64,000 bases of DNA from Candidatus Nomurabacteria bacterium (GTDB taxonomy: Bacteria > Patescibacteriota > Minisyncoccia > Phycocordibacterales > UBA5272): the NCBI GenBank assembly GCA_037130925.1, contig JBAXSC010000001.1:176182-240181 (forward strand). The letters run 5' to 3'. The notes under the pieces were generated by a model. It did no database searches. It had not been told where the DNA came from and saw only the letters and a program-made list of their open reading frames with translations. This document shows positions 55,810-64,000 of the stretch, in pieces. A program made the position numbers and the translations under genes. Every line of letters starts with the position of its first letter. The stretch's first letter is position 1.

Positions 55810-58200
55810 TTATTTTGCGTATTCTGTCGCTTGATCAAATTTAATTGAAAGTAATTTTGAACATCCTTCTGATCCGACAGTCACACCATAAAGCACATCA
55901 CACTGATTCATTGTTTCTCTATTGTGTGTAATAACTAAAAGCTTTGACTTCTCTGAAAGTTTCTTGATCATTTTTCCATATCTTCTCGCATTTGATTCAT
56001 CAAGAGCAGCATCTGTCTCATCTAGCACCATAAATGGTGGATGATTTATTGAGCTCATAGCAAAAATAAGAGCAATAGAGGAGAGCGCTCTTTCTCCACC
56101 AGAAAGCATTTGAAGATCTTTAACTTTCTTTTCTGGAAGATTCACAGAAATTTCTATACCTGGCTCTCTTTGTTTTCCTTCATCAATATCATCATCTTCT
56201 CCATTTTCATTTGGAATTTTGGCTGTGATTTTTTCTAAAGCAAGAGAAGCTTTTCCTCCTTGGAAAATCTCATTAAAATAATTATTGAAATTAAAATTAA
56301 TTTGTTCTAATCCAGAATTAAATTCTAACAATAAAGAATCTTTCAAATCTTTAATTAAATTTTCTAAGCTTAATCTGGTATTTTCAAGATCGTTTATTTC
56401 AGTTGAAAGGAAAGTGTCTCTTTCAGAAAGATTTTTATATTCTTCCATAATATCTCCAGCATTAATGATTCCACTTTCTTCAATTTTAATTTTACTTCTC
56501 TCGACTTTACGAAGAAGATCATGTTGATTGATATTTAAAATATTTCTCTCATTTTCATCAGCTTCATTTTCATTCCAATTTTTATATTTAAAAGCAGAGC
56601 TTCCGATCAAAACACTCATTTCTTTTAATAAGTTTTCAAATTCATTTTCTTGCTCTAGAAGTCTGTCAGTTTTCATTCTTAGAGAATCTTTTTGTGAGTG
56701 AAGCTTTTCTAATTCCAATCTTAAAGTAAGGACTTTATTATCAAGCTTATAAGTTTTTTCTTTTTCTTCATTTTCTAATTTAGTTTTTTCTTCTCTTTTT
56801 GAATTAATATTATTGAGTAATATTTCTCTTTCTTGATTTAATTTGTCTAATTCTTCTTTTTTAAAATTAGATTTTTCTTCTAATTTATCTATTTCTTTTT
56901 GTTTATCTTCTTCTCTTTGTTCTATCTTTTTATTTTCATCTTCATGTCTAATCTTTTTAATAAAATCTTTTTCTTCTAAACTGGCTTTTTCTAGATCAGA
57001 TTTTAATTCTGAATATTTTTGTGATTCATATAAAGAGAAAATATTATTCCAAAGAGTTTCTCTTTTTCCTTCAAAAGAAGAAAGTTCATTTTTCTCAATA
57101 AAATATGTTTCAAATTCTTTTTTTACTTCTTCAATATTTAAATTTTTATTCTTTAAAATTTCTTCTTGTTTATTTTTTAAGAATTTTATTTCAAGATCAA
57201 GATTAACTGATTCTTTATAAAACTCATCACGATTTCTGTTTAAATTAGAAAGCTTTTCATTTTCAATATTTATTTGAGAATGGAGTTCTATTAAAAGATT
57301 TTTTAAATGCCCGTTTATAGATTCTCCTGATTGCTCTTGGTTAATTTTTTGAGAATTAAGTAAGAATAATTCATTTTCTAATGAAATTATAGTTTCTTCA
57401 AAATTTTGATGATGACTTAACTCTTCTTTTTTAATTAAAATCTCTTTATCTTCTTTATGTAAATAAACTTTTAATAGAGAAGTCATTGAATTTATTTCTT
57501 CTTCTCTTTTTTCTAATTCTTTTACTTGTTTTTTAAGGAAATTTAAATGAGGAATATTTTCTCTTCTTAATAAATCAATTTCTTGTAAATGATTTTTAAC
57601 TTTATCAAGCTTCTTTTCTCCTTCTTTGATACGCATATGATAAATACGAAGTCCAAGAGCGTCTTCTATCATTTCTCTTCTGTCATTATTATTTGAAAGT
57701 AGAATTCTATCAGCTTCACCTTGATTTACTATTGTATGTCCTGAGGCTGAGATATTTGCCATAGCGAGGAGCTCTTGTACGTCTTTAAGACGAACTTTTG
57801 TACCATTGATTAGATATTCGCTTGATCCGTCAGTAAAGATCTCTCTAGTCAAAATAATCTCATCAAGATTAATAAAGTTTAAAAGAGTATCATTGATCTC
57901 TGAATTTTTACTTAATAATTTTTCATTTATATTCTTATCTGAATTATCTAAATGAATAGAAACACTAGCGCGAGAAAGAGGAGATAAAAAAGAAGATCCT
58001 TTGAAAATCAAATCACTTCCAGATTTTGAACGAAGACCTTTCATCGATTGCTCTCCAAGCACAAATCTTATAGCTTCTGCTACATTTGATTTACCGGATC
58101 CATTTGGACCAACAACCCCAGTGACACTACTAGAAAGATCAATGTTTATTTTTTTAGCAAAGCTTTTAAAGCCTTGCATACTAATAGATTTTAAATACAT
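55810..58200 (-). CDS. smc: chromosome segregation ATPase SMC (compact, 796 aa)
   Basis: N-terminal Walker A GPNGSGKSN, long coiled coils, C-terminal LSGGERALSSIALIFAM…VLDETDAALD signature and D-loop. Confidence 0.85.
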   Translation of the reverse strand: MYLKSISMQGFKSFAKKINIDLSSSVTGVVGPNGSGKSNVAEAIRFVLGEQSMKGLRSKSGSDLIFKGSSFLSPLSRASVSIHLDNSDKNINEKLLSKNSEINDTLLNFINLDEIILTREIFTDGSSEYLINGTKVRLKDVQELLAMANISASGHTIVNQGEADRILLSNNNDRREMIEDALGLRIYHMRIKEGEKKLDKVKNHLQEIDLLRRENIPHLNFLKKQVKELEKREEEINSMTSLLKVYLHKEDKEILIKKEELSHHQNFEETIISLENELFLLNSQKINQEQSGESINGHLKNLLIELHSQINIENEKLSNLNRNRDEFYKESVNLDLEIKFLKNKQEEILKNKNLNIEEVKKEFETYFIEKNELSSFEGKRETLWNNIFSLYESQKYSELKSDLEKASLEEKDFIKKIRHEDENKKIEQREEDKQKEIDKLEEKSNFKKEELDKLNQEREILLNNINSKREEKTKLENEEKEKTYKLDNKVLTLRLELEKLHSQKDSLRMKTDRLLEQENEFENLLKEMSVLIGSSAFKYKNWNENEADENERNILNINQHDLLRKVERSKIKIEESGIINAGDIMEEYKNLSERDTFLSTEINDLENTRLSLENLIKDLKDSLLLEFNSGLEQINFNFNNYFNEIFQGGKASLALEKITAKIPNENGEDDDIDEGKQREPGIEISVNLPEKKVKDLQMLSGGERALSSIALIFAMSSINHPPFMVLDETDAALDESNARRYGKMIKKLSEKSKLLVITHNRETMNQCDVLYGVTVGSEGCSKLLSIKFDQATEYAK

Positions 58201-58307
58201 AAAATATTTACCAAAGTTAAAATTAAATAAATTATATCACAGAAAATTTACTACTTTTTTGTATTTGTATTATTAAAATAATTATAGTCGATAATATCTC
58301 TATTGAC

Positions 58308-58336
58308 TTGACAAATTATTTATTATGATATATACT
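58308..58336 (+). promoter_or_regulatory. sigma70 promoter TTGACA-N17-TATACT (with an overlapping TTGACT)
   Basis: TTGACTTGACAAAT. Confidence 0.55.
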
Positions 58337-58380
58337 ATATATCGTTAAAAATCATTCGTTCATACATAAAACAATATTAA

Positions 58381-58689
58381 ATGGAAAATTTATCCAAATT
58401 AATGGAAGCAATCCTAGGTATTAGTGGCAGTAATTTTATTTTTGTTCTGTACGCAAACAACAAACCTATTACCGAGGATAAAATAAAAGAAGTAAAGCAT
58501 TTAAAAGAAGAACATGTGCTTGTATTTCAATTAGAAAATGCCGGTGAAATTAGAAAACATTTAGCTTTCAATTTCATTGAAGTTAAATCAGATACCGAAA
58601 TACATATCATATGTAAAGGTAGGACATCTAATTTTGTTGTTCTTTCAAAAGAAGAACAAGAGAATAAGAATGAAAACCATTCTTCTTAA
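58381..58689 (+). CDS. hypothetical protein
   Basis: 102-aa ORF. Confidence 0.4.
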   Translation: MENLSKLMEAILGISGSNFIFVLYANNKPITEDKIKEVKHLKEEHVLVFQLENAGEIRKHLAFNFIEVKSDTEIHIICKGRTSNFVVLSKEEQENKNENHSS

Positions 58690-58713
58690 CTACCTCTTTT
58701 TAAAAATAAAGGG

Positions 58714-58754
58714 AACCCGTATACAAAAAACAAACTGTACGGGTTTTTTATTTG
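58714..58754 (+). terminator. rho-independent terminator
   Basis: CCCGTA-16 nt-TACGGG followed by TTTTTTATTT. Confidence 0.6.
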
Positions 58755-59249
58755 CCTAAATATGATATTATTGTCTCTATTGTTCATTTTAAAAACAAAA
58801 TAATAATGCTAATAGAAAACAAAATGCATTTGAATGATGTGTGTAATGAAAAGGATAATAAATGTAGATTTTTAACATTAACTGCTATAGGATTTCAATG
58901 TGAGAAATATTCTCATTTGATGAGCTATATAAACAGAGATGTTAAAAATGGAATTTTAAAAGATAAAGGAGACAATTGTAATCTTCCTTTAGATATAATT
59001 TTAGAAATGAAAGACAAATTGAAAGACAAAGAGATTTTAATTTTTAATCACGAGATATCTAGATCGAGAGGAACAGTAAAAGATATTTTCATAAATAAGA
59101 CTAATTTTATAATTAAAACAAGTTATAAAAATGAGCCTTTAGAAATATTTTTTAATCTTCAAGATTTAGAAATCGCAATCTCAGAAGAAGAAATATCTTT
59201 AATATCAGGAAGTATTATTTCTAAAATTTATTTATTACACACAAAATAA
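58752..59249 (+). CDS. hypothetical protein
   Basis: 165-aa ORF. Confidence 0.4.
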   Translation: MPKYDIIVSIVHFKNKIIMLIENKMHLNDVCNEKDNKCRFLTLTAIGFQCEKYSHLMSYINRDVKNGILKDKGDNCNLPLDIILEMKDKLKDKEILIFNHEISRSRGTVKDIFINKTNFIIKTSYKNEPLEIFFNLQDLEIAISEEEISLISGSIISKIYLLHTK

Positions 59250-59283
59250 GGAGATTGATTTTTTATGATTGATCTCCTTTTAG
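59248..59283. terminator. bidirectional terminator
   Basis: AAGGAGAT…ATCTCCTT inverted repeat between convergent genes. Confidence 0.6.
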
Positions 59284-59284
59284 T

Positions 59285-60073
59285 TTATATAAAAAATACT
59301 AAAGCAAAAATTATTGCAATGATAATACGATACCAACCAAAAGATACGAAATTGTGCTTTTGTACATAAGAAATTAGCCATTTAATAAAGATTAAAGCAA
59401 ATATAAATGCCGTAATAGTACCAATTGCTAAAGAATGAATTTCTGAAGAAGAAATATCTTTATAATTTTTTAATAAATCAAGACCTGTCGCTGCGAGCAT
59501 TGTTGGTACTGCAAGTAAAAATGAAAATTTAACGATAGTTTCTCTTTTAATATCCATTAAAAGTCCTCCGATAATTGTCGCTCCACTACGAGAAACTCCA
59601 GGGATCATTGCAACACTTTGCCAAAGTCCAAGATAAAAAGCTTTTTTATAACTTACTTCTTTAATATCAAAATTTACATGAGAAGATTTTACAATATTCT
59701 TCTTCGCATAATTTTTCTCTACTAATATCATTACTATTCCGCCAATAAATAGAGAAATTATTACAACTAAGAAATTATTTAATAAATATTCTTTTAAAAT
59801 TTTATAAACTGTTAAGCCTATTATTCCTGTTGGTATAAAAGCGACTATTAATTTTTTAATAACTTCTAAATTAAAGAATTCTTTAAAATATAAAACTACT
59901 ACAGCTAAAATTGCACCTAATTGAATAACTATCTCAAAATCTTTTAAAGCATTTGTATCTGGAATCTTAAAAAGATGAGCTACAAGTATCATATGACCTG
60001 TAGAAGATATTGGTAAAAACTCTGTTATTCCTTCAACTATTCCTAAAATTACCGAATGTAATGTTGATAACAT
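59285..60073 (-). CDS. uppP: undecaprenyl-diphosphatase (BacA/UppP)
   Basis: …GIVEGITEFLPISSTGHMIL… and …PGVSRSGATI… UppP motifs. 8 TM. Confidence 0.9.
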   Translation of the reverse strand: MLSTLHSVILGIVEGITEFLPISSTGHMILVAHLFKIPDTNALKDFEIVIQLGAILAVVVLYFKEFFNLEVIKKLIVAFIPTGIIGLTVYKILKEYLLNNFLVVIISLFIGGIVMILVEKNYAKKNIVKSSHVNFDIKEVSYKKAFYLGLWQSVAMIPGVSRSGATIIGGLLMDIKRETIVKFSFLLAVPTMLAATGLDLLKNYKDISSSEIHSLAIGTITAFIFALIFIKWLISYVQKHNFVSFGWYRIIIAIIFALVFFI

Positions 60074-60108
60074 ATTTTAAAAAATGAGATTATTTATTGT
60101 TTTTAATG

Positions 60109-60189
60109 TGCCCAGGGCGAGACTCGAACTCGCAAGCCGTGAGGCAAAAGATTTTAAGTCTTTCGTGTATACCATTCCACCACCTGGGC
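60109..60189 (-). tRNA. tRNA-Leu (anticodon TAA), type II
   Basis: Reverse complement GCCCAGG…anticodon loop CTTAAAA…variable arm…GAGTT-CGAGTCT…CCTGGGC-A. Near-paralog of tRNA-Leu(CAA). Confidence 0.8.
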
Positions 60190-60292
60190 AATACTAATAT
60201 ATTATCATAAAATTTATTTTTTAAAAAGTTTTTTATCCAGACTTAAATAAAATTTTATATTCTCAGAATTTATGTTAGAATTACATAGAATT

Positions 60293-60366
60293 GGTGCGGT
60301 GGCGAAGTGGCCTAACGCTGCGGTTTGCAAAACCGCCATTCGCGGGTTCGACTCCCGCCCGCACCT
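60293..60366 (+). tRNA. tRNA-Cys (anticodon GCA)
   Basis: GGTGCGG…anticodon loop TTGCAAA…GCGGG-TTCGACT-CCCGC-CCGCACC-T. Confidence 0.85.
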
Positions 60367-60374
60367 CAAAATAT

Positions 60375-60839
60375 ATGAAAGAAAAAAGTATCTTTAAAAG
60401 AATAATAGAATCTTTTTCTGGATTTGAGTTAAAAAACAGATCTTATCTTTCTCGTCATAAGTTTTTATATGCTCTAATAGCTGGAGCAGGTGTTGTACTT
60501 TACTGGAGAGGAGTTTGGCATCTTGGTGACTCATTACAAGAAAATAGTAATGTCTTTTTAAGAATAATATTCTCTCCTTTAGGGTCTATTGTGTTAGGAG
60601 TTATAATTTTAGCTTCTATTGGTATTCTTGTTCAGCAATTTATCGGATCTGATGTGATAATCTCTGGAATTAAAAAAGAGAAAGAAGATATAGATAAAAC
60701 AGAAGAAGAAATATTAAAAGAAGAAGAGAAAGAAAAGAAAGAAGCTTCTTTAATTAAAGAAATAGATGAACATCTTCATGATATAGAAAAAAGAATAGAT
60801 AAAATTGATCATGAAGTTAAAACTGAATTGAATAAATAA
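60375..60839 (+). CDS. hypothetical membrane protein with K/E-rich coiled-coil tail
   Basis: ATG at 60375 chosen because the longer track ORF (60291) starts inside tRNA-Cys. Confidence 0.45.
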   Translation: MKEKSIFKRIIESFSGFELKNRSYLSRHKFLYALIAGAGVVLYWRGVWHLGDSLQENSNVFLRIIFSPLGSIVLGVIILASIGILVQQFIGSDVIISGIKKEKEDIDKTEEEILKEEEKEKKEASLIKEIDEHLHDIEKRIDKIDHEVKTELNK

Positions 60840-60892
60840 GTTATTTGGAAAAATAATAATTTATGTTATAATTTTAAAACTAAAAATAGTCT

Positions 60893-60965
60893 GGGCCCTT
60901 AGCTCATTTGGTAGAGCGCCGGTTTTGCACTCCGGAGGTGAGCGGTTCGAATCCGCTAGGGTCCA
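60893..60965 (+). tRNA. tRNA-Ala (anticodon TGC)
   Basis: GGGCCCT…TTTGCAC loop…AGCGG-TTCGAAT-CCGCT-AGGGTCC-A. G3:U70 identity pair present. Confidence 0.85.
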
Positions 60966-61022
60966 CATTGATTTATAAAATAATAGTTGTATAATTAATT
61001 TATTATTAAATTATTTATTTTT

Positions 61023-61916
61023 ATGAAAAAATTATTTTATATCTTATTAATTGTTATCTTAGTTTTTTCATTAAAAGAAACTTCTGTATATGCCCAGATA
61101 CTTCCCGGGGTAAATACTTTTTCTTTTACTGTAGTTGATTTTAATAACCAAGTGATTGGTTCCGGAACTGGTACAGGAGAAACACAAAAATATATTTTTT
61201 CAATCAATAATCATAACTATTCTTCCTATGTTTCTGGTGTAACAACTTACTTACAAAGTGGAAAATCGCCATGGCACGACTCTTTATTTACAATACTTGC
61301 CTCTTCAAAAACTATAAATGGAATTACTTATTATAAAGATAATCTTGGGAATATTTTAGGTTCTTCTCAAATTATTTCAGATAATATTATATATACACCT
61401 TCAAATTCTATAACAAATATTACTTCTTGTGGAAGTGGTTATGGTGATTTTTCTTGCATATCCACAAGCTTAAATAATTTAAATAATATTTACGTTTACA
61501 TGTTATCTTCTTTAACATTATTATCTTCTAATAATTTAAATATTAATCCTTCATCTTGTAATGACGGGTATACTTTCTTCCCTACGCAAAAATTATTTAA
61601 TGGCCAAATACAATATATTTGTTTTTCATTGAGTTCAGCTCAAACAATTTCATCTACTTCATCTACAAATAATATTGCTTCAACAACCCAAACTTCAATA
61701 TCAATTCCAACACAATTAAATTCTTCTTCTACTGTTGCTACACAAACACAATATAAAACTATTCAAAGTTCAATTCTTCCAATATTGGGAAACCAAAAAA
61801 CTATACCAAATTTAGAATCCTCATCGTCAATTATTACCAAACTAAACACAATGTCCACAACAAGCAATATTACTTCTTTTTTTCATAAAATTTTAAAATT
61901 TTTTAAATTTTGGTAA
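61023..61916 (+). CDS. secreted Ser/Thr/Asn-rich protein (signal peptide), possible surface protein
   Basis: N-terminal signal sequence ending VYA-Q. S/T-rich C-terminal half. Confidence 0.5.
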   Translation: MKKLFYILLIVILVFSLKETSVYAQILPGVNTFSFTVVDFNNQVIGSGTGTGETQKYIFSINNHNYSSYVSGVTTYLQSGKSPWHDSLFTILASSKTINGITYYKDNLGNILGSSQIISDNIIYTPSNSITNITSCGSGYGDFSCISTSLNNLNNIYVYMLSSLTLLSSNNLNINPSSCNDGYTFFPTQKLFNGQIQYICFSLSSAQTISSTSSTNNIASTTQTSISIPTQLNSSSTVATQTQYKTIQSSILPILGNQKTIPNLESSSSIITKLNTMSTTSNITSFFHKILKFFKFW

Positions 61917-62091
61917 AAACTTTAAAAACAAAATTAATATAATACTTGAATATTTTAATAAAAAATAAATAATTTGCCTCAAATTAATTTTTGTGGTATT
62001 TTATTTTCGGAAAATTCTGTTTCTTTTTGTGTTTAGCAAATTGAAATTCTATATATAAAACAATATTTGTTCATTTCAAAATTTATAAACA

Positions 62092-63168
62092 ATGAAAATA
62101 ATTATTTCATTAATTAAAACTATTGCTATATGGTTAATTTTATTAGCTTTTGAAGAATGGAGATTTCCAGGTCCAAGTAATTATCTAGTACAAATACCTG
62201 CTTGCATATGGTTCTTTATGAATGCTTATGTGGGAGTAGATCCTCATGATTACAAAGAAGTTCACAGAAGAACAGGATCTTTGGTTGCAAAACTAGATCC
62301 AGGATTTTATTTTTATCCATTTTTATGGTTTTGGGGAATTGTTTATTACAGTCCTAAAATAAAATACACAAATACAAAAAGGAGTAATTTTGATCAATCA
62401 AAAGCAATCTTGAAAAGAGAAATTGGGTTTTGGGAAGGTGTAAGTAGGGAATTTATTATTCCTTTTATAATGAGAAACGGACTCTGGGCAATTTTTGTAT
62501 CGATTATTTTTGGAAGTACTTTAGGATTTTATAGTGTAAAATATAAAAATAAAATAGTTTACAAAATAGAAAATAGTTTTGATCCTTTTCTTTATATTTT
62601 TAGCAAAAACAAAACTGAGGAAAAAGATAAAACAAATTTTTCCGGAATAAAATCCGATAAAGAAAATCCCCAAATTAGATCAGGAAATAATACAAATAAT
62701 TCCTCGTCAGTTTCAGATCAATCACCTGAACAAAATAATGGTATAACTTGGGATTATACAAAGATTCCTGGTTACTATAAACACAAAGACATAGCAAAAT
62801 TTGTAAAATTACAAAAAGGCGAAAACAAGGTTAGGATAAGAGGTTATTTTTATTCAGATATAATAGACGGTGTGGTATATCCTCAAATTTATGTTGATGG
62901 GTATAAAGATTTAAATCCTTTAGAACTTTTTTATATCTCAGTCGACTCTTTAATTTATAAAAATAAAATGCTCTTTAAAAAGCCTGAGGAAAAATCTAAA
63001 ATTGAAAGCTATTATAGAGCTATAGAAAAAAACAATTTTAATTCCGATTGTTATAGAGACATAGTAATTGGTGTTAAAGATGAATTTAAAAATAAGATTT
63101 CATGGCTGATAATAGATTATTCTTCTTCCTATTCTAATTTTTCTATGGAAATTCTTTATGATAAATAA
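62092..63168 (+). CDS. hypothetical membrane protein with large C-terminal domain
   Basis: 358 aa. Several N-terminal TM segments. Confidence 0.45.
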   Translation: MKIIISLIKTIAIWLILLAFEEWRFPGPSNYLVQIPACIWFFMNAYVGVDPHDYKEVHRRTGSLVAKLDPGFYFYPFLWFWGIVYYSPKIKYTNTKRSNFDQSKAILKREIGFWEGVSREFIIPFIMRNGLWAIFVSIIFGSTLGFYSVKYKNKIVYKIENSFDPFLYIFSKNKTEEKDKTNFSGIKSDKENPQIRSGNNTNNSSSVSDQSPEQNNGITWDYTKIPGYYKHKDIAKFVKLQKGENKVRIRGYFYSDIIDGVVYPQIYVDGYKDLNPLELFYISVDSLIYKNKMLFKKPEEKSKIESYYRAIEKNNFNSDCYRDIVIGVKDEFKNKISWLIIDYSSSYSNFSMEILYDK

Positions 63169-63194
63169 ATACTTGATAAATATTTCCACAATTA

Positions 63195-63236
63195 ATACTC
63201 TGTAAAACTAAAACTTTTACAGAGTATTTTATTTTA
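63195..63236 (+). terminator. rho-independent terminator
   Basis: Perfect 13-bp inverted repeat ATACTCTGTAAAA…TTTTACAGAGTAT followed by TTTTATTTTAT. Confidence 0.8.
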
Positions 63237-63273
63237 TAAAATTTTATATAAATCTTCATGTTAAAATATAGAA

Positions 63274-64000
63274 ATGTATAAAGAAGAATCTATTAAAATT
63301 TCAAAAGATGATTTTCATAAATTTAAACTACTTTCTCCGCTTTTAAATATTCACGACATACCAAAGCAGCTTTACTTTAAAGCTAAAAATGAAGATATAT
63401 TAAATAATTTTTTAAATAAAACTTGGGATAATCAAGAATATAGAATATTAACTATTGTAGGATCAAGAAAAAATTCTAGTTATAGCAAAGAGGCTTTAGA
63501 TTATCTTTTAAAAAATTTATCAGGAGAAAAAATAATTATAATCTCAGGACTCGCGCTCGGTATAGATTCTCTTGCTCACACAGGTGCCATAAAAAACAAT
63601 TTTCCTACTATTTCTATACCCGGATCAGGATTAGATAAAAATCATTTATATCCAGCAACGAATGTAAACTTAAGTGAAGAAATTTTAGAAACTGAAAATA
63701 CTTTAATTTCAGAATATGAAGATAACAGAAAAAGTGAATTGTATATGTTCCCAGCCAGAAATAGAATAATGGCCGCATTAGCTGATGCAGTACTTATAGT
63801 CGAAGCTGGAGAAAAAAGTGGGACATTAATAACAGCAAGACTTGCAATGGAATATGGTAAAAATGTCGGTGTCATACCAAATAATATTTTTGCTGAAGGA
63901 GCAAAAGGATCAAATCAACTTTTAAAAGATGGAGCTTTAACTATTTTAGATGAAGAAGATATTTTGCAAATGCTAAATATTAGCAAAGATGGACAAGGAT
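63274..64000 (+). CDS. dprA: DNA processing protein DprA/Smf (3' end truncated by the window edge)
   Basis: …IVGSRKNSSYSKEAL…ISGLALGIDSLAHTGAI…FPARNRIMAALADAVLIVEAGEKSGTLITARLA… DprA Rossmann-like core. Frame open to position 64000. Confidence 0.8.
   Translation, partial: MYKEESIKISKDDFHKFKLLSPLLNIHDIPKQLYFKAKNEDILNNFLNKTWDNQEYRILTIVGSRKNSSYSKEALDYLLKNLSGEKIIIISGLALGIDSLAHTGAIKNNFPTISIPGSGLDKNHLYPATNVNLSEEILETENTLISEYEDNRKSELYMFPARNRIMAALADAVLIVEAGEKSGTLITARLAMEYGKNVGVIPNNIFAEGAKGSNQLLKDGALTILDEEDILQMLNISKDGQG

Noticed and set aside
60291-60374. Track ORF 60291-60839 starting upstream of the MKEKSI… methionine
   Set aside because: Its first 25 codons are the tRNA-Cys gene read as protein. 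The ATG at 60375 with the usual A-rich context is the credible start.
1-64000. CRISPR arrays, rRNA operons, transposases, integrases or prophage genes
   Set aside because: No spaced direct repeats, no rRNA-like GC-rich blocks, and no recognisable recombinase or transposase motifs were seen. The tRNA cluster at 60.1-61.0 kb has no adjacent integrase.

Overview
AT-rich (about 28-30% GC) bacterial chromosomal segment in standard genetic code. The gene complement suggests a reduced genome of the Patescibacteria/CPR type. Evidence for that is compact housekeeping enzymes (SMC 796 aa, ValS 728 aa, Rel 515 aa), many small membrane or secreted hypotheticals, and very short intergenic regions. Recognisable content is a grpE-dnaK-(three small genes)-dnaJ block, typA, lepA, def-fmt, gatB-miaA, valS, obg, priA-like, topA, smc, rel/spoT, an orphan parB, uppP, hpf, cyclophilin, hsp20, ldt, a partial dprA, and nine tRNAs (Gln-CTG, Gln-TTG, Phe, Arg-CCT, Leu-CAA, Leu-TAA, Cys, Ala). 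No CRISPR array, rRNA, transposase or integrase was seen. Most stop codons are followed by clear rho-independent hairpins, and many genes are driven by near-consensus TTGACAAAT-N16/17-TATAAT promoters. Points worth a second look: (1) a canonical SET-domain methyltransferase followed by a 29-aa Lys/Ala-rich histone-H1-like ORF; (2) a promoter plus structured-leader module of about 120 bp present in three copies in front of otherwise divergent genes, one of which is frameshifted; (3) two tandem, highly diverged membrane-protein paralogs whose 5' leaders of about 170 nt are far better conserved than their coding sequences; (4) a second paralogous upstream module pair at 42.8/43.1 kb; (5) a 30-nt motif with flanking inverted repeats present twice, once immediately upstream of dnaK; (6) a GC-enriched, ORF-poor interval at 55.26-55.43 kb with stacked hairpins and a duplicated 11-mer, a candidate sRNA; (7) a methyltransferase gene bracketed by two identical copies of a GNRA-loop terminator; (8) a Nudix-ASCH-UDG-like-DUF cluster.
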